From NCBI GenBank assembly GCA_963803975.1, contig CAWDOY010000052.1, positions 1 through 44,537 on the forward strand: a stretch of DNA of 44,537 bases, written 5' to 3'. The position numbers and the translations under genes were made by a program. This DNA is from an uncultured delta proteobacterium (GTDB lineage: Bacteria > Desulfobacterota > WTBG01 > CAIYCZ01). The notes under the pieces are model-generated. The model was not told where the DNA came from and did not search any database. It worked only from the letters and a program-made list of their open reading frames with translations. Below, piece by piece: positions 1 through 10,269 of the stretch; the first letter of the stretch is position 1, and each line of letters starts with the position of its first letter.

Positions 1-48
1 TTAAAAAATTATTACTGTCCAGGATTAATTATCATTGAGAAGGAGAAC

Positions 49-3000
49 ATGATGAAAAAACTATGGCTGATTCTATTTTGTTTAAGTATAGCACTGTGCT
101 TTGCTCATTCCAGCTATGCATATGAAAACGTTCAGGATTGTTTAACATGCCACCCTGAAGGGGCATTTGGTGCAGCAACACCTCCTCAACTGCATGGCAT
201 AAGTGCTCATACAGCCAACTGTGCAAATTGTCATCCTGGTGGCGTACCTGGACAGAATGTAACACCGAGTTCCTGTATAGTATGTCATCCGGCAGGGAAC
301 CTGGACTCTGTGCTCTCATCAATGCGCAGCCATCCCATGGCAATTCATGTCTGTCATGTCATTCTGAATGTACTCCACCAAGCACTACTACCACAATACC
401 AACCGGTACTACTACAATACCAGCAAGCACTACTACCACCACACCTGCCGGCACTACTACAACTACAATGATAATACCTGGAGGCACTTCTGCTCTCACA
501 TTAAGTGATATGGCGCTGCCGTGCGCTCTTTTGGCGCATCAGCAGTCATGCCGATACTCTGACCAACACAGCCGGTGCAGCACCCAATATTGCCGGTGTG
601 AGCACGGACATCACGTTTGATGACAGTTATTTAGATTTCACCGGCGCAACCGTCGGGCCGGCCGGCTCAGCAGTGGGTAAAACTGTTTCATTCAACCTGC
701 TGTCACCCGGCGTGGTGCGTGTCGGCGTATTTACCGAAGGCAACACCACCCCCATCGGCGATGGCGTAGTGGCCTATGTAAATTTCACGATAAAGAAGAA
801 CCCGGTAGGCGGCGTAGACCTGACCAACCTGTGCAGCGCATCTGACCCGGCAGGAAACGCGTTGGGGATCGCCTGCGTGTCAGGCAGTTTCTTTACTGCC
901 AAGACCGCTGACTTTAACCTGGACGGCGTAACGTCCATTAACGAAATACTGATGGAAGTGAGAATGTTTCTGGGGATAGACCCGGTCGATCCCTTAGGTG
1001 ATCCAACCGCAGACAACAAGGTTTCGATTGATGATGTGATCAAGGCCATCAACTGCTTCTTAGAGACCAAGGAATGTGCCTGCCCCACGGTTGACGTGAT
1101 ACCCCAGGAAGAGCTGTGGAAGGAATCCGGCCATGCAGACACTACCGCGATGGCCTTCAACGACTGGAATGAATGTACTCCTGTACCCCCAGCCACTACC
1201 TGTACCCCAGCGGTTCCTGTCGGCTGTGCCAAGTGCCACAGCACCCCGGGCTACCTTGACTACCTGGGCGCAGACGGCACCGCAGCCGGCGTGGTAGATA
1301 ACCCGGCACCGATTGGCACGGTCGTCTCCTGCGAGGCATGTCATAATCAGAAGGCAAGCTGAGCTGACCAGCGTGGTGCTGGAGTCCACCGGTGATACCG
1401 GAGCGGTTCCCCCGATTGCCAAGATTACGCTCACGGGCCTTGGTAAAGAAGCGCGCTGCATGGTATGCCATCAGGGTCGCGCATCAACGGATACCGTGAA
1501 TATATACATTGGAGGCAGACCGCTACTGGCAGGAGACCCTGATGCGGTGGATAGCGGCGCATCGTTTAGGAACATCCACTACTTTGCAGCAGCAGCAACC
1601 CTGTACGGCAACCAGGCAAAGGGCGGCTACCAGTATAGCGGCAAGGTCTATGATGCCAAGTTTGCCCACGTGGAAGGCTATGACACCTGCATCACCTGTC
1701 ATGACGCGCATTCTCTGGAACTCAAGTATGACAAGTGCGTAACCTGCCATACCGGCGCCACGGACAAGGCAGCCCTGAAGAATATCCGCATGAAGGGCTC
1801 TCTGGAAGACTATGACGGCGACGGCAACATAACCGAAGGTCTCTACTATGAAGTAGACGGCCTCAGAGCCAAGCTGTATCAGGCTATCCAGGCATATGCT
1901 ACAAACGTGTCAGGTAAAGGCATTGTGTACAATCCGGCAGCAAACCCCTACTGGTTTGTTGATGACAATGGCAATGGTGTGGCAGATCCAGCTGAAGTCA
2001 CCCGGTACAATGCCTATACCGCGCGCCTGCTGAAGGCGACCTACAACTACCAGGTATCAACCAAGGATCCTGGTTCCTATGCGCACAATGGCAAATATAT
2101 CATCGAGCTGCTGTATGACTCGATCGAAGACCTGAACGCAAAGCTCTCCACCCTGGTACCATCAGCAGACGTGAGCCTTGCCGGCTGCAACCGGGTAGAT
2201 GAAGGCCATTTCAACGGTGCTTCCGAGGCCTGGAGACACTGGGATGTAGCAACTGCTCCGGCACTGCCAGGGCCTCCGGGTTCCTGCGCCAAGTGTCATG
2301 CAGGCCAAGGGCATCCCGTTCTTCCTGACCAACAATGTCAACATCCAGGAAGAGCCGGCTAACGGCATGCTGTGCTTGAACTGCCACACCAGTGTAACCG
2401 ACACGGTTGCACCGCGCCGTGCAGTGAAAGACGTAACCTTCCCCTCAGGGTTAAAAGCCAATATGGGTGGTGCAGGGGCAACTGACGACAGCAACCTGTG
2501 TCTGCTCTGTCACCAGGGCCGCGAGTCCAAGGTGAGCGTAGATACCAAGATTGCAGGTAGCGCCGGCCCGTACTCTTTCACCAATGTGCACTATTACGCA
2601 GCAGCAGCATCGCTGTTTGGCACGCAGGTGCAGGGCGGCTACGAGTACGCGGGCAAGACCTATGCCGGTCAGAACCCGTTCACTGCTCACGGCGGCAAGT
2701 TCAATAAGTGCGTGCAGTGTCATATGGGCAGTGACGGCCTGAATGCGTCGTACGCGTCGCACCGGGTAACCAAGCCCAACCCGAACAACTGCGTATGTCA
2801 CGCTGGTGATGTGTCGCAGACCGGCACCTTTGAATTCGCTAACATTCGCCCGGCCACAGGATTTGGCAGCACTGACTTTGACGGTGACGGCAATGTGACC
2901 GAGTCGATAAAGAGCGAGATCGAAGGGCTGGAAGATACTGTATACGCAGATTCGGGCGTACTCAGCCAATCCGGCAGGCTTCAACAAATTCATTGCCTAT

Positions 3001-3241
3001 GATGGCGCTGCGTACCCGTACTGGTTTGAGGATCCCAACAACAACGGTATCCATGATGCTGGTGAAGCAACATCCTTCACGAAGTTTGATGCAGCGTTGT
3101 TGAAGGCAGCCTACAACTACCAGTTCAGCAAGAAGGAGCCGTGTGGCTTTGTTCACAACTCGCTGTACGTTGCGCCAGTGTTTAGCTGACTCTACCATAG
3201 ATAGTCGGCGGCACCGTGCCGAACACGGTATCTGGAGGTAA
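49..3241 (+). CDS. Large secreted multiheme c-type cytochrome (~14 hemes) with Thr/Pro linker, cohesin-like and dockerin-like domains; reconstructed across several frameshifts
   Basis: Signal peptide MKKLWLILFCLSIALCFAHSSYA; 13 CxxCH motifs plus one CxCH across ORFs 49-471, 228-620, 505-1362, 1313-2362, 2298-3002 and the tail YDGAAYPYWFED...KAAYNYQF ending near TAA 3239-3241; internal duplication; terminator follows. Confidence 0.8.
375..470 (+). repeat. ACT/ACC-rich low-complexity stretch encoding a Thr/Pro linker
   Basis: PPSTTTTIPTGTTTIPASTTTTTPAGTTTTT in ORF 228-620; repeated cactactacca units. Confidence 0.8.
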
Positions 3242-3263
3242 TCTGGAATAAATTTATATAACG

Positions 3264-3307
3264 GCAGAAAAGGGGTAGCATCTTCTACGGTGCTACCCCT
3301 TTTCTGC
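3264..3307 (+). terminator. Intrinsic terminator (probably bidirectional)
   Basis: GCAGAAAAGGGGTAGCA / TGCTACCCCTTTTCTGC 17-bp inverted repeat just after the cytochrome stop. Confidence 0.85.
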
Positions 3308-3423
3308 GTGGTGCTGATAATATAAAATAAAGCCCCTGGCGTGAGGGGGGGTCTCCCGACAAAAGAGGAAAGGGGGAAAAGAGGTCAGCGTTCAGCTCTC
3401 ATTTTATTTTGAAGAAAAGCTTC

Positions 3424-3464
3424 TTGACATGATTGGGCAATTGGTATACTCACCAGGTAAGTTA
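3424..3464 (+). promoter_or_regulatory. Putative sigma70 promoter with overlapping TetR-type operator
   Basis: TTGACA 3424-3429 and TATACT 3445-3450 (15-nt spacer, short); ACTCACC-A-GGTAAGT imperfect palindrome overlapping the -10. Confidence 0.45.
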
Positions 3465-3480
3465 CCTTTGTGGAGGCAGT

Positions 3481-4077
3481 ATGGCAGAAGCAGCAGTAAA
3501 GGAAAATCGCAAGGAAGTCATTTTTGATGCAGCATTGAAATGCTTCAACAAAAACGGCTACTACAAGACCTCCATGGATTTGATTGCAGAAAGCGCGGGC
3601 ATGACCAAGCGCGGCCTGTACTATCATTTCAAATCAAAAGACGAGCTCTTTATCAATCTGTTCAATTACATGAATGACCATTTTTATGAACAGATACCCC
3701 CCGATGCCGCGCACATCAAGGACCCGGAGGAGCGGCTCATGCTGTTTGTTAAAATTGCCCGCACCGTGCTTGCCGAGCATGCTGATTTTCTGAAATTTTC
3801 CCAGGAGTTCATGTCCATCGGCATGCGCAAGCCCAAAATCAGAAAAGTAATGACCTCTTATTACAAAGAGCAGGTTGAGAAAGTAAGCAGGACCATTGAG
3901 CAGGCTGTGACCATGGGCAAGTTTATGAATGTCGATCCCCTTAAAATGGCGCGCGCCATCGTGCTGATGACCATGGGGGCATTCAATGTTTATTTTTGTC
4001 TGGATGCTGATTTTAACCTTGCTGACCAGCACTCATTTGATATTGAACAGATACTTCGCTGTCTAAAAAAGCAGTAA
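3481..4077 (+). CDS. TetR/AcrR family transcriptional regulator
   Basis: IFDAALKCFNKNGYYKTSMDLIAESAGMTKRGLYYHFKSKDELF HTH; GGAGG RBS before ATG 3481. Confidence 0.92.
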   Translation: MAEAAVKENRKEVIFDAALKCFNKNGYYKTSMDLIAESAGMTKRGLYYHFKSKDELFINLFNYMNDHFYEQIPPDAAHIKDPEERLMLFVKIARTVLAEHADFLKFSQEFMSIGMRKPKIRKVMTSYYKEQVEKVSRTIEQAVTMGKFMNVDPLKMARAIVLMTMGAFNVYFCLDADFNLADQHSFDIEQILRCLKKQ

Positions 4078-4187
4078 GAGTGATGCGTGGCCAGTCGATA
4101 GAAGTGAAACGTTTAAGTGAACCGTGGTTGCTCCTGCGGTGAGCTTGTCGAAGGGTCAGCTGACAGCTAATAACTAATGGAGTCCAC

Positions 4188-6059
4188 ATGAAAGCCGCTT
4201 CCGAAAAGATGATCGTTGTTGATTTGACCAGGGAGAAAATCAAGATCGTGCCGATGCGCAGCGACCTTGAACGTGACTACATGGGCGGCGAGGGAACGGG
4301 AACGCGGCTTGTCTGGGAAATGGTTCCAGCGGGCATTCACCCGCTTGAGCCGAAGAACACCATTGTTTTTGCCGCTGCCCCGCTCAACGGGACAATTTTT
4401 CCGGCCGGGCCGCGCGGCACCATTGTATTCAAGTCACCGGAAACGGGAACGATCTCCATGACCAATATCGGCGGGAGCTGGGCAGCGCGCCTGAAAATGG
4501 CCGGGTACGCCCTGTTGGCGGTGACCGGCAGCGCAAAAAAACCGGTCTACCTTTTTATTGATGATGACAAGGTTGAAATTCGCGACGCCCGCAAGCTCTG
4601 GGGTAAGACCATCCCTGACATGCAGCAGATGATCCGCGATGAGCTTGGCGACGGAAAAATCGAGGTGGTGGGCATCGGCCCAGCGGGGGAGAACCTGGTG
4701 CGCTTTTCCAATATCGCAAACAACATCCGCTTTGCCGGCAAGGGCGGCAGCGGTGCGGTTATGGGCGCAAAAAAATTGAAAGCGATTGCGATCAGGGGCA
4801 CGGGCACGGTCCACTGCAGCGACATCTGGTGGCTGCGGGAAATAAGCTTTGAGATTATGAAGGCCATGGAGCAGAGCCCGCCCATTCAGATGCTTAAAAC
4901 CGGCAGCTCTGCCGCGTTCAATCAGGCCGTGGCCGAACTTCAGGACTTCGGCTACAAGCATTTTCAGGAGGGCGGGTTCAAGAACGGGCATAAGCTCTAT
5001 ATCGAAAACATCAAACGCAATGTCGATCAGGAACACCGCGCCTGTTATACCTGCCCCATCGGCTGCGGGGTCATGTCAAAGGTGACCAAAGGCAAATTCA
5101 AGGGCACTGAAAGCAGCGGACCCATGGCCGAGGCATACTGGAACTGGGGGTGGAAGTGCGGCATCACCGACATAGGCGCTATCATAAAAATTGCAAAGCT
5201 GTGCAATGAAAACGGCGTGTGCGTCAACTCAGCGTCTGAACCCATTGCCTGGGTCATGGAGTGCCAGGAGAAGAATCTACTCTCAACCGAGGAGACGGGC
5301 TTGCGCGTGAAATGGGGCGACGGCCCTGCATCGGTAAAACTCGTGGAGATGATCATCGCGCGCAAGGGGTTCGGCAGCGTGCTGGCTGAAGGCGTCAAGA
5401 AGGCCGCGGAGATGGTCGGCACCAATACCGAGGAACTTGCCATGCATGTCAAGGGCATGGAGCTCGACGGGGATGAGTGGCGGCAGAACAAGGCTTCGGC
5501 TTTGACTGCCGCGACATCCGAGCGGGGGGCCTCGGTGGTGCGGCCGTGGGGTTTCCCCATCGACATGGGTATGCTCTTCCCGGAAGTTACCGGGCTGAAA
5601 GAGAAACCCGACCCGGACAAGGAAGAGGGCATCGCCGCATGGTACAAACCCTACAAGGAATTCACCGTCGCCTCCAACTGCATGGGCATCTGCCTGTACC
5701 CGGGACTGTTCAATATTCCCAGCCCGCAGCAGACGCTCGACGCTTTCAAGGCGATAACAGGCAGAGCTTTGAGCCTGAAAGATTACCTGAAGATCGGCGA
5801 GCGCACGGTGTGCGTGCAGCGCGCGTTCAATGCCCGGGAGGGATTCACCCGCAAGGATGATACGCTTCCCAAGCGGATACTTAATGAACCCATAAAAGGA
5901 GGCAGGTATGACGGCAGGCGCATTAGAAATTTTGATGCCATGCTTGATGACTATTACAAAGAGTCAGGATTTGATAAGAAAACCGGCTGGCCGACACGCG
6001 CTAAGCTGAAAGAGCTGAACCTGCAGGATGTGGCAGATGTGTTGTATAAGAGGGGGTAG
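4188..6059 (+). CDS. aor: Aldehyde:ferredoxin oxidoreductase (tungsten AOR family)
   Basis: KSPETG, CIGPAGEN-like GIGPAGENLVRF, GSGAVMGAKKLKAIA, CYTCPIGC, LAEG, HVKGME, FNAREG..DDTLPKR motifs. Confidence 0.92.
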   Translation: MKAASEKMIVVDLTREKIKIVPMRSDLERDYMGGEGTGTRLVWEMVPAGIHPLEPKNTIVFAAAPLNGTIFPAGPRGTIVFKSPETGTISMTNIGGSWAARLKMAGYALLAVTGSAKKPVYLFIDDDKVEIRDARKLWGKTIPDMQQMIRDELGDGKIEVVGIGPAGENLVRFSNIANNIRFAGKGGSGAVMGAKKLKAIAIRGTGTVHCSDIWWLREISFEIMKAMEQSPPIQMLKTGSSAAFNQAVAELQDFGYKHFQEGGFKNGHKLYIENIKRNVDQEHRACYTCPIGCGVMSKVTKGKFKGTESSGPMAEAYWNWGWKCGITDIGAIIKIAKLCNENGVCVNSASEPIAWVMECQEKNLLSTEETGLRVKWGDGPASVKLVEMIIARKGFGSVLAEGVKKAAEMVGTNTEELAMHVKGMELDGDEWRQNKASALTAATSERGASVVRPWGFPIDMGMLFPEVTGLKEKPDPDKEEGIAAWYKPYKEFTVASNCMGICLYPGLFNIPSPQQTLDAFKAITGRALSLKDYLKIGERTVCVQRAFNAREGFTRKDDTLPKRILNEPIKGGRYDGRRIRNFDAMLDDYYKESGFDKKTGWPTRAKLKELNLQDVADVLYKRG

Positions 6060-6313
6060 GGGCTGGGGATTCGGGAAATTAGGGAACAATAAGAATTGCG
6101 GATGAAAGGCATAAGGCAACCTACCTTCGCGCGAGGCTGATCGTGACACGCAGGCACAAAGGAAATGCTGAGTGCAGAGCAACCCGAGAGCCACGCATAC
6201 ACGCTGTCCGCCTACCGAAGACACTTCGTGCGGAGGGCAGGCAGTGCTACGGAGGACGGGTGCCCTCTGTGGTTATGTTTTTAACATACGATAATCGGGC
6301 GGAGAACTAACCA

Positions 6314-7914
6314 ATGAAAGACAGCTATGACGTAATTATCATCGGTGCCGGCATGGGCGGGCTCACCTGTGGTGCATGGCTTACGCACATGGGAATGAAG
6401 GTTCTTGTGCTTGAGCAGAATACACAGGTGGGCGGCTGCTGCTCAAGCTATAAGCGCGAAGGATTCAACTTCACTCCTGCCGCATCCATCATAACCGGTA
6501 CCACAAAAAAAGACGGCGTGTTCGAGCGGCTGATAAACAGGCTGGGCATCACCATTCCATTCATTCCGCTTAATCAGGGCTATCATGTACATTTGCCGGA
6601 CTTTGACTATTACCTTTACTCAGGCGGCGAGCACGCGCGCGACCAGCTGATCGAGCAGCTCATGCGGATTTTCCCCCATGAGGCGCAGGGCATTAAGGCT
6701 TTTTTTGCAAAACTGGGAAAGCTCTATGCGGAGATGGAGTATGCCACTTTCTTCGGCACCGGTCCGCGGGATATTGCCCGCATTCTGCTGAAGTGCCGGA
6801 CACTGCTCTTCAACATGGGCAAGGGAATCCTGCCGTTTGTGGACGACTTTGTTAAAGACCCGAAACTCAAAACCGTTCTGTCTATCAACTCAACCTGCTG
6901 CAACCTCCCGCCGTCACGGATGTCAGTGCTCGGGATCGCCGGCCTGCTGCTCGAGGGCGGGCTCTCAAATCCCCATGTGAAGGGCGGCGCGATTGCAGTG
7001 CCTGAAGCTTTTGCTCAATACATCCGCAGCAAAGGGGGCGATGTTGTGCTTGGCACGCAGGCGGAAAAGATTGTTACGGATAACGGTACTGCAACCGGCG
7101 TCCGCGCAATAAAATCCCCGCTTGCTCAGGAACAGGGATATAGCCAGGGCATAGCAGATATCCGGGAATTCAAAGCAAAATACATTGTTTCCAACGCTGC
7201 TGCCCGGCAGACGTTCATGAAACTTGTCGGCGCTGATAAACTTCCTGACAAGTTTACCAGCATGCTTGGCCGCCAGGAGCCAACCCCGCCATTCTGCGCG
7301 CTGCTTCCTCGGGCTCGATATGGATTTAAAGAGCATGGGGATTTATTCCCGCCCTGCATATTTACAGCTCAACCTATGATACTGATGAGCAGTTCAGAAA
7401 TGTCGAGGCAAAGATTTTAAGTGAAAACGGTCCGGCCCCGTTTTTCCGGTTCCAGCTTGCACCGTTAAGCGATCCAACCTCCGCCCCGCAGGGCAAGACC
7501 GCGCTGGTTATCCATGCGATACCTGCTCCCGTTACCGGCTGGGAAAATCCGGATTTTGAGAAAAAGGTTGCTGATGTCATGATCAGACGGGCGGAAAAAA
7601 TAATCCCCGGACTTTCTCAGAAAGATCATGTACCGGAATTCTGGTCACCAGCTACCATGAACAAATACCTGATGTGCGGGGCTGACGCGAGCATGGGCTG
7701 GGCGCTCACGCCGCAGCAGGTGGGGCCGAAACGGCTGGCGCAGAAGACACCAATTAAAAATCTGCTCTTGAGCGGCCACTGGACCGCGCCGGCAGTGGGC
7801 GTGATGTCAACCGTGGTATCCGGACTGCAGGCGTCAGGGATGATACTGAGGTCAGAGGGAGTGAAAGAGCCTCTTGCGGATATCGGCATCAGGCAGGGAG
7901 TTGTGATGTCGTGA
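6314..7914 (+). CDS. Phytoene desaturase / retinol-saturase-like FAD-dependent oxidoreductase (frameshifted near 7300 and 7620)
   Basis: YDVIIIGAGMGGLTCGAWL..VLEQNTQVGGCCSSYKREGF; SDPTSAPQGK in the middle frame; C-terminal KTPIKNLLLSGHWTAP.GV..V.SG. Confidence 0.8.
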
Positions 7915-7983
7915 TAACCAGGATTGCGGCAGCTCGTCAAAAGACGTAAGGCTTTACTAACAACTACATAACAGGGGGTTACA

Positions 7984-9385
7984 ATGAGGCCAAATCAAAA
8001 AAACAGGCAGCGTGATGACAGCACCATTGACAGCAGCAGGAGAGGTTTTTTAAAGACCCTTGGTATTACAACCGCTGGCTTAACGACTCTTGGTCTGACC
8101 GATGGCTTCACAGCCACTGCGCAATCGCAAACCGGTTTGAAAGCCCTTGCCGGCGGGCCGGGTAATTTCATGGATGAGTGGTACTGGCTCAAGGTGCGCA
8201 TGCAGTTTGTTTTAAAGCCTGATTTAATTTATTTAAACACCGGTACCGAGGGCGCGATGCCCCGGATTGTTCTGGATAAAATGCGCGATTATTTCAGGCA
8301 GTTTGCCGCCTTCCCGTATGATGCCATCGTAAACGACCCATGTTTGGGCGCAGGGTTGAGCAGGGAGATTGAGGCCCTTGCTGCATTTTTTGGCGCTGAT
8401 AAGGAAGAAATTGTCATAACCACTAATACCACCGAGGGCCTGGGCTGGGTTTCCAACGGTCTGGAGCTGGCAGAGGGTGATGAAGTGCTTTCCACCACCC
8501 AGTTCCGGCCTTACAGCTCCTGCTGGCAGGTGCTGATAGACAGAAAAAAAATTACCCTTACCGAGGTTGAGCTGCCCATTAAACCATCAAACAAGCAGGA
8601 GATCATTGACCTCTTTGAAAAAGCCATAACCCCCCGGACAAAAGTAATGACCTTCTGCCATATTAATTATACCAACGGGCTGCGCATGCCGGTCAGAGAG
8701 CTCTGTGACCTGGCCAGACAGAATGGTATTATAACGCTGGTAGACGGCGCCCATGCTCCGGGGATGCTGATCTTTGACCTGCATGAACTCGGGTGTGATT
8801 TTTACGCCGGCTCACTGCACAAATGGCTGTGCGGCCCTCCCGGGACCGGGGTCTTATACCTGCGCAAGGATATGCAGCACCTGCCTGTGGCCCACCGAGT
8901 GCGAGACATATACGGCAGGAGCAGGGACTATAATAAATTGTGAAAAATTCAATGGGCGCGGCCAGCTGATAACCCCGGCGATTGCAACACTGCTGGATGC
9001 GATGGATTTCCAGAATACTATCGGGAGAGATACCATCCAGAAACGGATTCTTGCCTTAAATAAGTACTGCAAAGAGAGGATCATAGACGAATGGGGCCCG
9101 GAAAAACTTTTATCGCCTGCAGCGGATAATGAAGATTTGTGCACCGGCCTTGTTGCTTTCAATCCGTTTGAAACACCCTATGCAACGCAGCCTAATAAAA
9201 TAAGTGCGGTTTACAAGGCGCTGTATAAGAAAAAAATAGCGGTAAGAACTATCGGGTATAAGGAAAAACATGCGGATGAAAAACCCATTTCAGCGCTGCG
9301 CATTTCAACGCACCTCTATAATAACTACGAACAGATTGACACCGCGATAGAGGAAGTAAAAGAGATTATCAAGACACTGCAATAA
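7984..9385 (+). CDS. Tat-exported PLP-dependent aminotransferase class V (CefD/C-DES/EgtE-like C-S lyase family); frameshift near 8885
   Basis: Twin-arginine SRRGFLKTLG; YLNTGTEG, TTNTTEG, DGAHAPG, GSLHKWLCGPPGTG (PLP Lys), RISTHLYN. Confidence 0.85.
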
Positions 9386-9415
9386 ACAACCACAGTGTTA
9401 AGAAAGGAGATATGC

Positions 9416-10234
9416 ATGAAGCGAACATCACGGACGATACTGTTTGCAGCGGTTCTGCTGCTGGCTGCCGGTACCCTGGGCGGCTGTCTGTCGGAGGACC
9501 AGCTTATTACCTATGATGAGCTGAAGGCCCTGATTGACGACAATGCCGCCATGGAAAACACAACCATTGTAGATGTGCGGTCAGTTGCGGCATGGAAGGA
9601 AGGATATATACCGGAGGCTATTAATATTGAATATGATGCGGTGCTTGACGCCTTCGGCGGCCTAAAAGACGGCGGAGCAGCGCTCACTTCAATCGTTACC
9701 AATAAAGACGGCACACTGGTCATTTATGGAACGGGTACTGATAATGCTTCGCTGTTTGCCGCACGGGCCATCCAATCAGGTTATACGGATGTAAAGTTCT
9801 ATCAGGGAGGAATGGCCGACTGGCGGGAGAGCCACGGGGACTATTTGTATATAAACTATGAGGGATTCAGACAGTGGTATGATGCCGCGTGCCCTTTCAC
9901 AGACGGAGAGAACTATCTGGTCGATGCGCATCCCCCGAGCCTGTACACGGATTACGGCCATATCCCGGGCGCCATCAATATCATGAGCAAGCATTTTACC
10001 TTTCTTGACCCCGGCAGCTTAAAGCCGATAACGGATTTTATTTCCAACAGGGAAGCAAAGATTGTCTTTTATTGCGTTAACTATACCTGACCGGCAAGCC
10101 GCAAATCGGCACGTGATGCCGTATCGCTTGGCTATACCAAAGCCTATTCTTTTGTCGGCGGCTGCCAGGATTGGAAGGCAGAAGGAAACACGCTGTATCA
10201 GGGAGAGGATAAAGGCTCCTGCGCTGAAAAATAG
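9416..10234 (+). CDS. Tandem rhodanese-domain lipoprotein, predicted selenoprotein (TGA 10088-10090 = Sec, motif YCVNYTU)
   Basis: AGGAGA RBS; lipobox LGGC; two rhodanese domains; the frame continues past TGA as PASRKSARDAVSLGYTKAYSFVGGCQDWKAEG, completing the second rhodanese fold, to TAG 10232-10234. Confidence 0.85.
10095..10130 (+). promoter_or_regulatory. Candidate bacterial SECIS element for TGA 10088
   Basis: Upper stem CGGCA-(CGTGA)-TGCCG at 10107-10121, lower stem CAAGC/GCTTG; loop begins about 21 nt after the UGA and has G at its second position. Confidence 0.65.
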
Positions 10235-10269
10235 TTGATCCCATGTACCACAGATATGGAGAGAGAGCT

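Noticed and set aside
1360..1362. TGA after HNQKAS in the multiheme cytochrome as selenocysteine
   Set aside because: In-frame readthrough gives unrelated sequence and another stop; homology continues in a different frame (AELTSVV), so it is an indel.
4434..5647. Long antisense ORFs opposite aor (and similar ones opposite the MFS and TolC genes)
   Set aside because: Shadow ORFs from codon bias of well-supported genes on the other strand; no motifs or RBS.
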